Assembly: GCA_913054495.1 (NCBI GenBank) | Contig: CAJXIY010000003.1 | Coordinates: 471 to 64,470, forward strand | Reading direction: 5' to 3' | From: an uncultured Gammaproteobacteria bacterium | GTDB lineage: Bacteria > Pseudomonadota > Gammaproteobacteria > Pseudomonadales > Pseudohongiellaceae | DNA: 64,000 nt | Shown: positions 1-10,071 of the stretch, in pieces | Position numbering within the stretch: position 1 is the stretch's first letter | Layout of the letters: the number at the start of each line of letters is the position of its first letter | The notes under the pieces: generated by a model | What the model saw: only the letters and a program-made list of their open reading frames with translations | Database searches by the model: none | What the model was told of the DNA's origin: nothing | Translations under genes and position numbers: made by a program

Positions 1-1
1 A

Positions 2-349
2 GTCACGTCAACCCTGCCTCCTGGCCTCTACAGCTCAGGTGACGGTGCAGACGAGGAATTACTCGTGGTATTCGCAGATGGAAGTGCGCAAACACTGCGT
101 CCAACTATCCAGTCGCCCGATGAATTCGAACAGGCAGCAAATGCCACCGCCGGCGTCGAAAGTGTAGAAATTAATACGGATGGTTCGATCGATATACGAT
201 TTGAGGGAGCGGATCTGACAATCAGGCCTTTATTCGACATAGAACCTGGTTCGGCAACAGGCGATGCGACGCCGACGCTGCTCATAGAGGATGGTCGCTT
301 CTTTTTTGTGAACAGCGATGGCGACCGCCAGGAATTTGTTGCCGGATAA
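2..349 (+). CDS. hypothetical protein, 3' end (5' end probably off the left edge)
   Basis: The reading frame is open from the first bases of the window to TAA at 347-349. The only internal start candidate is GTG at 65. I recognised no motif. Confidence 0.4.
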   Translation, partial: VTSTLPPGLYSSGDGADEELLVVFADGSAQTLRPTIQSPDEFEQAANATAGVESVEINTDGSIDIRFEGADLTIRPLFDIEPGSATGDATPTLLIEDGRFFFVNSDGDRQEFVAG

Positions 350-533
350 TCGGGGTATCAAATGCGGGTAGAGTTACGCGGCCTGGCTGAAAAGCCACTG
401 CGTGGCTCTGCCCTTATTTTTGTCCCTATTCTTCCACCGACTGTAGTCTCCTTTTTTCTCTTTATTTACTCTTGATATTGCAGTAGAAGTAAGCCTGATA
501 TACGCTCTATCGGTTATACAACAATAACAGTTT

Positions 534-3161
534 TTGAGAGAGACTCATGCGCTTCGAATGCTTCACACAGCCTCAGCTACCATGCTTGCAGGCGTGGCCT
601 CAATGAGAGCGATCTCCAGGAGCGGGATTGGCCCGTTCGGCCTGGCCATGCTTGCGGTGCTTATGACTTTCTGGGGCATTATAACCGCCTCCCAGTCGGT
701 CAATGACATAGTAACCGCCGACACTGATTTCACCGCCTCCGATATGCGGCAGGTGGTGAATTCTTACTGTCTTGCCTGTCATAACGATACCTTGGCAACC
801 GCCGATTTTTCCCTGCAGAGCATCGATTTTGCTAATTCGGGCAATCACGCCGAAGCCCTGGAGAAGGTGGTTAAAAAAATACGGGGACACATGATGCCGC
901 CAGCGGGCATGCCACGGCCTCCATTCGAGACCTACCAGGTAATGGCCAACTGGTTGGAAGGCGAGCTGGATCTGGCTTGGGCAGCGCACCCGAATCCAGG
1001 GCGGGTGACACCGATTCACCGCATGAATCGCTACGAATACAACAATACGATAAACGATCTGTTGGGGCTCGATGTCGATGTGATGGATCTGTTGCCAGGC
1101 GACCCAACCGCAGACGGCAGCTTCGATAATATTGCCTCGGCACTGCCGTTTTCCACCGCCCATATGGAGCGCTACATGTCGGTAGCGCGCCAGGTGACTC
1201 GCCTGGCGACGGGTCTGCCGCCTGTAACCAGCGTCAGCATCTACGATATTCCACTCTATATGAACCAGGACTGGCGCCAGAATGAGGACATGCCATTCGG
1301 GACCCGTGGCGGTATCGCGGTTTCTCATCACTTTCCGGCGGATGGTGAGTATGAGATAAAAGTGAATCTGCAGACCAACTATCAGGACTATGTCAAAGGT
1401 CTGGGTTGGGCCCAACAGCTCGAAGTGCGACTCGATGGACGTTTGCTGCAACGCTTTGAGATCGGTGGCGATGCGCCTGGCACACCGGCACCGCTGAGTT
1501 TCACCGGCACCGGCGAGCCCGGCAGTATCGACTGGGAACAATATATGATCACCGAGGAGGGCGCGGGCCTGGAAGTCCGCGTGCCGGTGAAGGCCGGGCC
1601 GCGGCTGCTTACGGTATCCTATGTGCGGCAGCAATTGGAAGACGAGGGTATTCCACAGCCGGCACAGGGCGGCAGGCTTAACACCAACAGCGAAGTCTAC
1701 ATGAACTATCAAAAGGTTCATTCCGTGGAAATCGCAGGACCTTACGCCGCCGCCGCGACGGTGTCCGGCGTCGGCGATTCACCCAGCCGTCGGCTGATTT
1801 TTTCCTGTCAACCGCAGCAGCAGGTGCAGGAGAGTGCCTGTGCGACTGAAATTCTGGGCAATATGGCGCGCCAGGCCTATCGCCGGCCGGTTTCTGATAG
1901 CGACAGGGAACTACTGCTCAGTTTCTTCAATCGGGGTCGTGAACAGGGAGGCAGTTTCGAGGCAGGTATTCAGTTCGCGCTGGAATTCATGCTCAGCGAT
2001 CCCGATTTCCTGATCCGTCACTATGCTGTTCCCGCAAATCTGGCAGTGGGTGAAATATTTGAACTCAGTGACCTGGAGTTGGCATCGCGTCTGTCATTCT
2101 TCCTCTGGAGTAGCGCCCCGGATGAGACTCTGCTGGACCTGGCCGAACAGGGCCAGCTCTCGGATCCGCGTATTCTCGCGCAGCAGGTCAGGCGAATGCT
2201 GGCCGATTCTCGAGGGGTGACAACCCTGGTGGAGGATTTTGCCGCACAATGGTTGAATCTGCGACGCCTGGATGAAGTGCAGGTAAACTCGGTGCTGTTT
2301 CCTCAATACGATATGAGTCTGATTGAGGCCTTCGGTCGTGAGACAGAGTTGTTCGTGGCGCAAACTATTACCAGTGATGCCAGTGTTCTGGAACTACTGG
2401 ATGCAAACTACAGCTTTCTAAACGAACGGCTTGCCAGGCATTACGGTGTCGAGGGGATTTACGGTAGTCGCTTTCGCAAGACCGAATTTCCGGATACTTC
2501 CCAACGTGGTGGCCTGTTGGCACATGGCGCTCTGCTCACGGTCACCTCTTATCCGGGGCGAACCTCACCGGTGTTACGGGGTAAATGGCTGTTGGATAAT
2601 TTACTCGGCACGCCATCACCGCCACCGCCACCGAACGTGCCGGTGCTGCCAGAAGCTGAACGGGGAAAAATTCCCACTTCTATTCGCGAGAGACTGGACC
2701 GTCATCGCGAGGACCCGGTCTGCGCAAGCTGCCATGTCATTATCGATCCTCTGGGCTTCGCCCTTGAAAATTTTGATGTGATTGGCGCCTGGCGCGAATT
2801 TGATGAGATAGGAAACCCGGTTGATACCGACGGCAGTTATCCGGGCGGTGTGCAGTTTTCAGGATTTGCCGACCTTCGCGACTGGATGACCGGCCGGCCC
2901 GATCAATTCACCCATACCCTGGTGGAGAAACTAATGACCTATGCTCTGGGTCGGCGTCTGGAATATTACGATCAGCCCACGATTCGCGACATCGTGCGCA
3001 AGGGCGCGGCCGACAATTACAGTTGGTCATCCCTGGTGCTGGGGATTGTCGAGAGTCCGGCGTTTACCAGCAGTGTTGCGGCGCAGCAATTGGCCGAAAT
3101 ACCTACTGAGGAAGCCGCAGAAAGCACAGAGCCCAAGGCACTGGCGAGTTCGCGTAACTGA
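534..3161 (+). CDS. DUF1592/DUF1588-like multidomain protein with an N-terminal heme-type CxxCH motif
   Basis: 875-aa ORF with an N-terminal hydrophobic segment and a CLACH motif near residue 80. Length and sequence flavour match the family that normally pairs with a DUF1552 gene. The start is uncertain (TTG 534 or ATG 558). Confidence 0.75.
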   Translation: MRETHALRMLHTASATMLAGVASMRAISRSGIGPFGLAMLAVLMTFWGIITASQSVNDIVTADTDFTASDMRQVVNSYCLACHNDTLATADFSLQSIDFANSGNHAEALEKVVKKIRGHMMPPAGMPRPPFETYQVMANWLEGELDLAWAAHPNPGRVTPIHRMNRYEYNNTINDLLGLDVDVMDLLPGDPTADGSFDNIASALPFSTAHMERYMSVARQVTRLATGLPPVTSVSIYDIPLYMNQDWRQNEDMPFGTRGGIAVSHHFPADGEYEIKVNLQTNYQDYVKGLGWAQQLEVRLDGRLLQRFEIGGDAPGTPAPLSFTGTGEPGSIDWEQYMITEEGAGLEVRVPVKAGPRLLTVSYVRQQLEDEGIPQPAQGGRLNTNSEVYMNYQKVHSVEIAGPYAAAATVSGVGDSPSRRLIFSCQPQQQVQESACATEILGNMARQAYRRPVSDSDRELLLSFFNRGREQGGSFEAGIQFALEFMLSDPDFLIRHYAVPANLAVGEIFELSDLELASRLSFFLWSSAPDETLLDLAEQGQLSDPRILAQQVRRMLADSRGVTTLVEDFAAQWLNLRRLDEVQVNSVLFPQYDMSLIEAFGRETELFVAQTITSDASVLELLDANYSFLNERLARHYGVEGIYGSRFRKTEFPDTSQRGGLLAHGALLTVTSYPGRTSPVLRGKWLLDNLLGTPSPPPPPNVPVLPEAERGKIPTSIRERLDRHREDPVCASCHVIIDPLGFALENFDVIGAWREFDEIGNPVDTDGSYPGGVQFSGFADLRDWMTGRPDQFTHTLVEKLMTYALGRRLEYYDQPTIRDIVRKGAADNYSWSSLVLGIVESPAFTSSVAAQQLAEIPTEEAAESTEPKALASSRN

Positions 3162-3263
3162 GGTCGGTGCTACTGAAGTAAAGATTTTTGACCTGTTCCC
3201 ATGTTATATTCGAGCACTGGTCTATTCGCGTAATAACGGATCTCCATGTGAGGTAGCGACAGC

Positions 3264-4601
3264 ATGACAAAAAAAGCTAGATCATTAATTTTTGGTACCG
3301 GCAAGGCGATATCTCGCCGCACCGTTCTGCGTGGCGCCGGCGCCGCCCTGGCGCTGCCATTGCTCGACGCCATGACGCCTGCGTTTGCCCTTGGCTCGAG
3401 CGCACCCATTCATCGCTTTCAGACCGTCTATGTACCCAATGGCATGGCCATGGATTACTGGTTGCCCACCACGGTGGGGCGAGATTTTGAATTGACCCCG
3501 ATTCTGCAACCACTCGCAGCCTACAAAGAGAAGATGCTGGTGCTGAGCGGACTCAAGGCCAACTGGAATATCGCCCACGCCGGTGCCGGTGGCTCGTTCC
3601 TGACCGGGGTAACGCGTGGCGGTCGCAATGAGGTTGAGATTCTGGCAGATGTATCGGTGGACCAACTGCTGGCCGTGCACCTCGGTAAAGAGACGCAGCT
3701 GTCATCGCTGGAACTTTCCATGGATGCACCGGCTCTGGCAGGCGCCTGTACCGCCAATCTGAGTTGTGTCTATACCCATACGCTGTCATGGCGCAGCCCC
3801 ACCGAACCACTGCCCACGGAGCACAATCCCAGGGCAGTATTTGAACGTTTATTCGGTGACAGTGGCAGTACCGCACGTGACGCGCGGGAAATCAGATTAA
3901 GACAGCAGAGCAGCATCCTCGACGCGGTGATGGATAAGTTGTCGGGTCTGGAGTCCAGCCTCGGTGCCGAAGACCGTCACCTGATGGGAAGCTACACCGA
4001 ATCTGTGCGCAATATTGAACGGCGCATACAGAAAGCTGAGGAGCAGATCGATCTGGATCTGCCAGAAATCGATCAGCCGGCAGGAGTGCCAGTGGAGTTC
4101 GAGGATCACATGGAAATCATGCAGGACTTACAGGTGCTGGCCCTACAGAGCGACCTGACCCGTGTCATCACCTTCATGATGAGTAAAGAACAGAGCGCGC
4201 GTCCTTACCCCCAGATCGAGGTGCCCGACGCGCACCACCCATTGTCTCACCACAACAATAATCCGCAGCTGGTGGAGAAGATGTCGAGGATCAACACCTA
4301 TCACACCACGCTGTTTGCCAGGTATCTGGATAAGCTGGCGGCGATTCAAGAAGGTGACCGCACGCTGCTGGATAACATGACCATTCTCTACGGTGCCGGC
4401 ATATCCAATAGTACGGTTCACTCAGGTGATAATTTGCCAGTGCTGTTAGTCGGTGGCGGCGCGGGCTGGCTATATGGCGGCGAGCATGTGCAGTATCTGC
4501 ATCAGCCGACGATGGCGGATCTTCACCTGACCCTGATGGACAGATTCAAGTTTCCTATCGACCGTATCGGCGGTAGCACCGAGCCTCTTCCTATTTTTTG
4601 A
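3264..4601 (+). CDS. DUF1552-like protein, Tat-exported
   Basis: 445-aa ORF with twin-arginine leader SRRTVLRGAGAALALPLLDA. GAGG lies upstream of the ATG. It sits 102 nt downstream of the DUF1592-like gene, which is the usual pairing. Confidence 0.75.
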   Translation: MTKKARSLIFGTGKAISRRTVLRGAGAALALPLLDAMTPAFALGSSAPIHRFQTVYVPNGMAMDYWLPTTVGRDFELTPILQPLAAYKEKMLVLSGLKANWNIAHAGAGGSFLTGVTRGGRNEVEILADVSVDQLLAVHLGKETQLSSLELSMDAPALAGACTANLSCVYTHTLSWRSPTEPLPTEHNPRAVFERLFGDSGSTARDAREIRLRQQSSILDAVMDKLSGLESSLGAEDRHLMGSYTESVRNIERRIQKAEEQIDLDLPEIDQPAGVPVEFEDHMEIMQDLQVLALQSDLTRVITFMMSKEQSARPYPQIEVPDAHHPLSHHNNNPQLVEKMSRINTYHTTLFARYLDKLAAIQEGDRTLLDNMTILYGAGISNSTVHSGDNLPVLLVGGGAGWLYGGEHVQYLHQPTMADLHLTLMDRFKFPIDRIGGSTEPLPIF

Positions 4602-4692
4602 TAAATGGGGTCAGAGGATAAATGGGGTCAGAGTAAAAATACAGTAGTTGTCTCTGGACAACTACTGTATTTTTACTCTGACCCCATTTATC
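4600..4692. repeat. 93-nt palindromic element: perfect 36-bp inverted repeat with a 4-nt loop, plus a tandem 17-mer
   Basis: Arms 4617-4652 and 4657-4692 pair perfectly; I checked this base by base. The loop is TCTG. The 17-mer GATAAATGGGGTCAGAG occurs at 4600-4616 and 4617-4633, and inverted at 4676-4692. Confidence 0.95.
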
Positions 4693-4717
4693 TATCTCAA
4701 CCTCGAGAACATAAACT

Positions 4718-6124
4718 ATGTTAACTGGCTGGCGTAAACTCCTCCTACTTGGTTTAAGCTTGGTTGCCTTGCAAGCTGTGTTTGCTGGACCGGTCTTCAG
4801 TCAAGGCATGCCGGTCGTAGTACAAACCGCCAAGGATGCCGATTGGGAAACCTTACACAGGCTGTTGAGTGACGGCTTGCAGCCTAACGCAGTCTATGGA
4901 GATGGTACTTCGGCCCTGCACTGGGCCAGTTACCATGAAAGCATCGACAGTGCCCGGCGGCTTCTTGCCAGTGGCGCCGAAGTGAATTCCACCACCGATC
5001 TTGGCGTAACCCCGTTGTGGCTGGCTGCTCAAAATGGCAACGCTGCCATGGTTCAAATCCTGCTGCAGGCCGGCGCCGACCCAAATATTGCGCTGTATTC
5101 TGGTGAAACCGTTGTGATGACGGCAGCACAATCGGGCAATGCGGATGTGGTCAGACAATTGTTAGCGGCGGGAGCCGATCCCAATCCGGCTGTCACCCGG
5201 GACCAGACTGCCCTGATGTGGGCAGCCAATCAGGGGCATGCCGACGTGATCGAGGCGCTGCTCGAATTCGATGCCGATGTGCATGCCCGTTCCCTGGTGC
5301 GAACCCAGTATGTGAAATCCGAGAAAATTCAGGACAGCAATCCCGCCTACAAATATTGGATCGAGCAAGGCGGTAACACCCCATTGATGTTCGCAGCCAG
5401 ATCCGGTGATTTACGTTCGGCGCAATTGCTGGTGGCAGGTGGCAGCAATGTTAACGAGGTGTCCGCGTTTGGAACCAGCCCGGCCATCATGGCGATCCAT
5501 GGCGGTAATGCAGAACTATTAGACTTTCTGTTGGCCAGCGGCGCCGATACGGAATCGGTGGTCAGTGGTCACACCGCTCTACATGCTGCGGTGCTGCGTG
5601 GAGATAGGGAGGCGGTACGCGTTCTGCTGGACCACGGCGCGAACACGGAAGCACTACTAGAACGTCCGACACCGGTGCGTCGACAGTCAACGGATTACAA
5701 TTTTCATGACTCACTCCTAGGCGCAACGCCACTCTGGTTAGCTGCCAGATTTTCGGAGCCGCAGATCATGGAGGCATTGCTGGCGGCTGGCGCCGATGCG
5801 CTGGTGGTCAATGATGTTCACTACCCGGCCGAGCGCCGCGGCGAAAACTTCATGGCCGAGGAAGGCGAGATCTCGCTATTGATGGCGTCAGTAGGCATGG
5901 GGCACCGACGTCTTCGAGTCAGCTGGGGTACGCCCGAGCGCCGCGCCGGCCAGACCGGTCAGGACCGGGAGTCATTGATCCTCGACACGGTCACCGTCGC
6001 CGTGCGAGCCGGAGTGGACCTCAACGCTAGCGATGCAGCGGACCAGACTGCTCTGGCCTTCGCCAAAGCTCGCCGCTACGATTCGGTGGTGGCCTTTCTG
6101 CTGACGGCTGGGGCTCGGGAATAA
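4718..6124 (+). CDS. secreted ankyrin-repeat protein
   Basis: 468 aa. Signal peptide LLLLGLSLVALQAVFAGPVFSQG. It has many copies of the G-TPL--AA--G----V--LL--GADPN ankyrin consensus. Confidence 0.85.
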   Translation: MLTGWRKLLLLGLSLVALQAVFAGPVFSQGMPVVVQTAKDADWETLHRLLSDGLQPNAVYGDGTSALHWASYHESIDSARRLLASGAEVNSTTDLGVTPLWLAAQNGNAAMVQILLQAGADPNIALYSGETVVMTAAQSGNADVVRQLLAAGADPNPAVTRDQTALMWAANQGHADVIEALLEFDADVHARSLVRTQYVKSEKIQDSNPAYKYWIEQGGNTPLMFAARSGDLRSAQLLVAGGSNVNEVSAFGTSPAIMAIHGGNAELLDFLLASGADTESVVSGHTALHAAVLRGDREAVRVLLDHGANTEALLERPTPVRRQSTDYNFHDSLLGATPLWLAARFSEPQIMEALLAAGADALVVNDVHYPAERRGENFMAEEGEISLLMASVGMGHRRLRVSWGTPERRAGQTGQDRESLILDTVTVAVRAGVDLNASDAADQTALAFAKARRYDSVVAFLLTAGARE

Positions 6125-6309
6125 ACAGCAAATCCGGAGTGAAATTCATCGGCCGCTGAATTACGCAATCCCATGACCACCCCTGCCAATGCTCTACTAG
6201 CTAACGATTTCGTCAGCAACAAAAATCAATTGGGTAAACTGTCCGCACCTATTTCCGTTAGTCAGGCATATCCAATCGCGACTACTAAACAATTGCCGTG
6301 GAGCAAGCT

Positions 6310-6640
6310 ATGCAAAGGTTCGTGTTCTCAGCGTTTATTCCCCTGATCTGTGTGTCAATTTCCGTTTCGGTAGTTGCCGCAGAAAACGACAACAGACGTC
6401 TGTTGACTGCCGAAGACTACTTCGCCATTTAAACAGGTAGGCAGCCCACGTATCAGCCCCGAGGGCGATTGGATCGCCTATACCGTCAGGGAAACAGATT
6501 TAGAGGAAGACAGTTCAGAGACCCGACTGTGGATGGTATCTACCGATGGCGAGAAGTTGCTTGCCATGACCGGTGTTGGTACTTCTGCCAGGACGCATAG
6601 TTTACGCCCGCTTCAATTACGAATTCTAGGGAACTCGTGA
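6310..6640 (+). pseudogene. remnant of an S9-family (prolyl oligopeptidase/dipeptidyl peptidase-like) serine peptidase gene, frameshifted and truncated
   Basis: ATG 6310 encodes a signal peptide followed by LLTAEDYFAI, then TAA at 6430. The +1 frame continues KQVGSPRISPEGDWIAYTVRETD...RLWMVSTDGEKLLAMTG, a typical S9 N-terminal propeller start. The similarity ends near 6600 and no catalytic domain follows. Confidence 0.55.
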
Positions 6641-7034
6641 TTGATAGGCACTACGAACTAAAACCACCCGAGTTCCGTCATCGCCCAAGGTGCGTTCCAT
6701 ACTTTCGTCATTCGTGTAACTCTCGAATCCCCACCTATTTTCAATATGTACACATAGTGCATTTTGGTCATTCGCGTCCGCTTTATCTGGCCGAAGCGCC
6801 CAACTTCGCTGCGAAGCTGCAACAAGCGGGTATAGATCTAGATTCATTCAGCCGGTTGCCCCGCGTTAGTAAGAGTGGCGAGCCTGGTCAATGAGCATTT
6901 TATTCGCAAAGCTCTAGTGGTTTAAGTGCTCCCGCTCTTTACCAAGGACACTCGAATTCCGAAACGGCTGTATTTTTTCTTCCGCCCCTTTTATCATCCA
7001 GAGCGCTTATACCCAATGCTGCGGCCAATCATTC

Positions 7035-8393
7035 ATGAATACATCGCTGTTAAAAGAAGACACCGCCGAAAATCTTTATCAACCCCTGGCGGCGAGATTG
7101 CGACCTCGGAGCTTGCAGGAATTCACGGGTCAGGAACATTTACTCAGCCCAGGCAAATCGATTTTCGAAGCGATCCAGAACAAGCTGCCGCACTCGATGA
7201 TTTTGTGGGGTCCGCCCGGCGTAGGAAAGACTACCCTGGCGAAATTACTTGCCGCCGCCTGTGACTGCCACTTCGAATCTATGTCGGCAGTGCTCGATGG
7301 CGTGAAAGAAATTCGCGCGACCATAGAGCGAGCTCGCTATCATCAATCCACCGGCTCTCGTCAGACCATTCTCTTCGTCGATGAGGTGCATCGATTCAAT
7401 AAGGCGCAACAGGATGCGTTTCTTCCCCATATCGAGAATGGCACCGTGCTCTTCATCGGTGCGACCACTGAAAATCCATCTTTTGAACTGAACAATGCCT
7501 TGCTCTCCAGAACCCGCGTGTATTTGTTGAAATCGCTGACAGAAAGCGATTTGGAGAACGTGATTGATAATGCGCTGCAGGACAAAGTAAGAGGATTGGG
7601 CAAGCTCAACTTACAGTTGAGCGACGATCAAAAGCTGATACTGGCACAGGCGGGGGATGGCGATGCCCGTCGTTCTCTAAACTATCTCGAAGTACTCAGC
7701 GATATGGCTGAACTCGTGGATGGGGTCCGGGTTATCTCGGATCAGCATATAGAGCAGGTGCTGGAAGAAGGCTATCGCCGATTCGATAAGCGTGGGGATA
7801 GTTTTTATGAGCAAATTTCCGCCTTGCATAAAGCCGTGCGGGGATCATCCCCCGATGGTGCGCTCTACTGGCTGGCAAGGATGCTGGACGGTGGCTGTGA
7901 TCCTCTCTATATCGCACGTCGCTTGGTGAGGATGGCGTCGGAGGACATAGGCGTGGCCGACCCCAGGGCCTTACAGCTATGCTTGAATTGTTGGGATACC
8001 TATATGCGACTGGGCAGCCCCGAAGGGGAGCTGGCACTGGCCCAAGCGGTGGTCTATCTGGCAAGTGCACCGAAGAGCAATGCAGTTTATGAGGCTTTCA
8101 ATCTGGCGCAAAAAGCGGTTGTCGACAACGGTTCTTTGGAAGTTCCGCTACATCTGCGCAATGCCACTACTTCATTGGGAAAGCAATTGGGATATGGCAA
8201 AGAATATCGCTATGCTCACAATGAAGAAGAAGGCTTTGCCGCCGGAGAAAGCTATTTTCCGCAGTCCCTGCAACATGCGCAATTTTACTTTCCCAAGAAC
8301 AGTGGTTTGGAAAAGCGCATTAAGGAAAAGCTGGATTATTTTCGCCAGTTAAATGCAAAGTCAGATAACAAGCGTTATGATGGCGCGGATTAA
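7035..8393 (+). CDS. rarA: replication-associated recombination protein A (AAA+ ATPase)
   Basis: 452 aa. Walker A motif [11 protein letters not shown] and Walker B motif [12 protein letters not shown]. The C-terminal MgsA-type helical domain is present ([26 protein letters not shown] pattern). Confidence 0.9.
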   Translation: MNTSLLKEDTAENLYQPLAARLRPRSLQEFTGQEHLLSPGKSIFEAIQNKLPHSMILWGPPGVGKTTLAKLLAAACDCHFESMSAVLDGVKEIRATIERARYHQSTGSRQTILFVDEVHRFNKAQQDAFLPHIENGTVLFIGATTENPSFELNNALLSRTRVYLLKSLTESDLENVIDNALQDKVRGLGKLNLQLSDDQKLILAQAGDGDARRSLNYLEVLSDMAELVDGVRVISDQHIEQVLEEGYRRFDKRGDSFYEQISALHKAVRGSSPDGALYWLARMLDGGCDPLYIARRLVRMASEDIGVADPRALQLCLNCWDTYMRLGSPEGELALAQAVVYLASAPKSNAVYEAFNLAQKAVVDNGSLEVPLHLRNATTSLGKQLGYGKEYRYAHNEEEGFAAGESYFPQSLQHAQFYFPKNSGLEKRIKEKLDYFRQLNAKSDNKRYDGAD

Positions 8394-8451
8394 ATTCCGC
8401 GACTGGGGATTTCCCATAAAACGATTTACAAGACTCGGCTATCTCAAGGGA

Positions 8452-9738
8452 TCAGATCGCACGCGCGGCAGCTCCCAGTCGGAAACCTGGATAAGCGAAG
8501 GCAGTGGTGATTTTGTCGCAGTCTTTATCTGTTACTTCTTCTCTGCGGGCAACTACGTACCAATTATCTCTGACGATCGTTTCAATTTGATCAATGACGA
8601 TTCGTGCATCATCGGGTGCAAGATAGAAGTGTTCGCATTGCGTTAGCAGGTTTTCTGCATTTGCAAAGCGACCCATGTCGCCACATTCAAGGGCTAGGTC
8701 TCTGTGATCAGTGCTGATCGGAGTCGACGGCGTTAGATCGTAGGCAGGAGAAAGCTTCCAGTGTGTGTCCATGGCAACAACAGCATGATTACGCGGGTGA
8801 TCATCAATGTTGGAGATCAGGGCGTTGAAGACCATGCGCCGGAATAAATCAGCAGCATCGGTTTTTGGCTGTGACGATATGCGGCGCAATTCTTCTACCA
8901 ATGAAACATAGGACCAGTTCTCACGGCGCTGTGGGTCATCGTCCGTTCTCAGTAAAGTCATCGCGCTAAGCATCCGGCCTCGGCGGTAGCCTTCTTTCGT
9001 GTGTTCCCGATCAAATCTCTTGACCATGAGTACATCGCGATCACCGATTGTTATTACTTTACTGTCTGCTGTGTGTATGCCGCAATCACGAGCAAGTATC
9101 ATCATCGCATGTTCAACACGCGCTTCATTCCACCTGTCATCCGCGCGGTTGAATTTTGCAATCCAGAGCGCGCTGTCATCTTCGATAACGGCTTTCGGAC
9201 GCGCTCCACCCATTGATGTTCCACCGAACATCAATTCCTGGGCTTGCTCCGCGTCAGGCTCATCTGGAATATCTTCATCTGCAATGATTGCATCGGCAAG
9301 TTCTTGCAGCCGCTCCAGTGCTATCGTCTGATTAAACTCTCTGCGTGGTGCAGGAGGTTCCGCATTCCTGCCAAAGCCGAGCGCACCGGCACGGTCATCA
9401 GGTGAATAGAGGAGATAATCAATCTCGCCTAGCTCTGCCAGGCCTGCGCGTTTTTCAATAACCCTGCGGCCCCAATAATCAGGGCTGGAATCACGAAGGG
9501 CACCAAAGACGCCCTTTAAGATACTAGTCTCATAGGTCTTGCTTGCGAGCTTGAGTTCAAGCGGGTCTATTACAACCGAATTGTCGCTTTCGAGATAGCT
9601 CCGGCCATAGACAAATTTGCCAGTAGGATTGCCGCGCCGGTCCTTCGCTAGCGCGAATTTTCCAGCAGTGACAAACTCCGTCTGGCCGGGAAGCATGATA
9701 TAGACGAAACATTCATTTTCTGATGGCCTAGAATTCAT
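8452..9738 (-). CDS. hipA: HipA-family type II toxin (Ser/Thr kinase)
   Basis: 428 aa. The GGARPKA nucleotide-loop-like motif and the catalytic-loop motif NIDDHPRNHA are present. Its start overlaps the upstream XRE gene by 11 nt. Confidence 0.85.
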   Translation of the reverse strand: MNSRPSENECFVYIMLPGQTEFVTAGKFALAKDRRGNPTGKFVYGRSYLESDNSVVIDPLELKLASKTYETSILKGVFGALRDSSPDYWGRRVIEKRAGLAELGEIDYLLYSPDDRAGALGFGRNAEPPAPRREFNQTIALERLQELADAIIADEDIPDEPDAEQAQELMFGGTSMGGARPKAVIEDDSALWIAKFNRADDRWNEARVEHAMMILARDCGIHTADSKVITIGDRDVLMVKRFDREHTKEGYRRGRMLSAMTLLRTDDDPQRRENWSYVSLVEELRRISSQPKTDAADLFRRMVFNALISNIDDHPRNHAVVAMDTHWKLSPAYDLTPSTPISTDHRDLALECGDMGRFANAENLLTQCEHFYLAPDDARIVIDQIETIVRDNWYVVARREEVTDKDCDKITTAFAYPGFRLGAAARAI

Positions 9739-10069
9739 TGTCCAGCCCCTCTTTCACACGGGTACGGGCGCGTTCTTTCGACAGAGACAGGTTCATCCCC
9801 TCTTCGTCCAATGCCGGGTCGGCAAGCCCTTCCATCGGCGATAGCAGGTCATAAGCCCAGAGCAGAGCGGTATAGACAGCGATGCCGGTTGAGACCTTGC
9901 CTTTTTCTGCGTCCGATACCGCACGCGGCCCTGTGCCGATCTTTTCTCCGACCTCCCCAATCGTCAGATTGCGGCGTAGTCGTGCTGTGCGCAGGTTCGA
10001 GCCAAGACGCCTGATCGCCTGTTCGACTGCATAGGGTGGTGCCTGTACCAATGTGTTTTTCGCTGTCAT
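9728..10069 (-). CDS. hipB: XRE-family helix-turn-helix antitoxin (HipB-like)
   Basis: 113 aa with an HTH segment, RTARLRRNLTIGEVGEKIGTGPRAVSDAEKG. It is translationally overlapped with hipA. Palindromic boxes lie upstream. Confidence 0.8.
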   Translation of the reverse strand: MTAKNTLVQAPPYAVEQAIRRLGSNLRTARLRRNLTIGEVGEKIGTGPRAVSDAEKGKVSTGIAVYTALLWAYDLLSPMEGLADPALDEEGMNLSLSKERARTRVKEGLDNEF

Positions 10070-10071
10070 CT

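Noticed and set aside
600-1721. 373-aa ORF antisense to the DUF1592-like gene
   Set aside because: It lies entirely within a gene that has clear family motifs on the other strand. Its product is Arg/His/Gly-rich with no recognisable motif, which is typical of a spurious antisense frame in GC-balanced coding DNA.
4617-4692. The giant palindrome read as an integron attC site, a tRNA-like element or a LexA box (it contains TACAGTA/TACTGTA)
   Set aside because: attC sites are imperfect, with extrahelical bases and GTTRRRY cores, and need an integrase nearby; none is present. There is no cloverleaf. The ACAG...CTGT halves are in the wrong order and spacing for the gammaproteobacterial CTGT-N8-ACAG SOS box.
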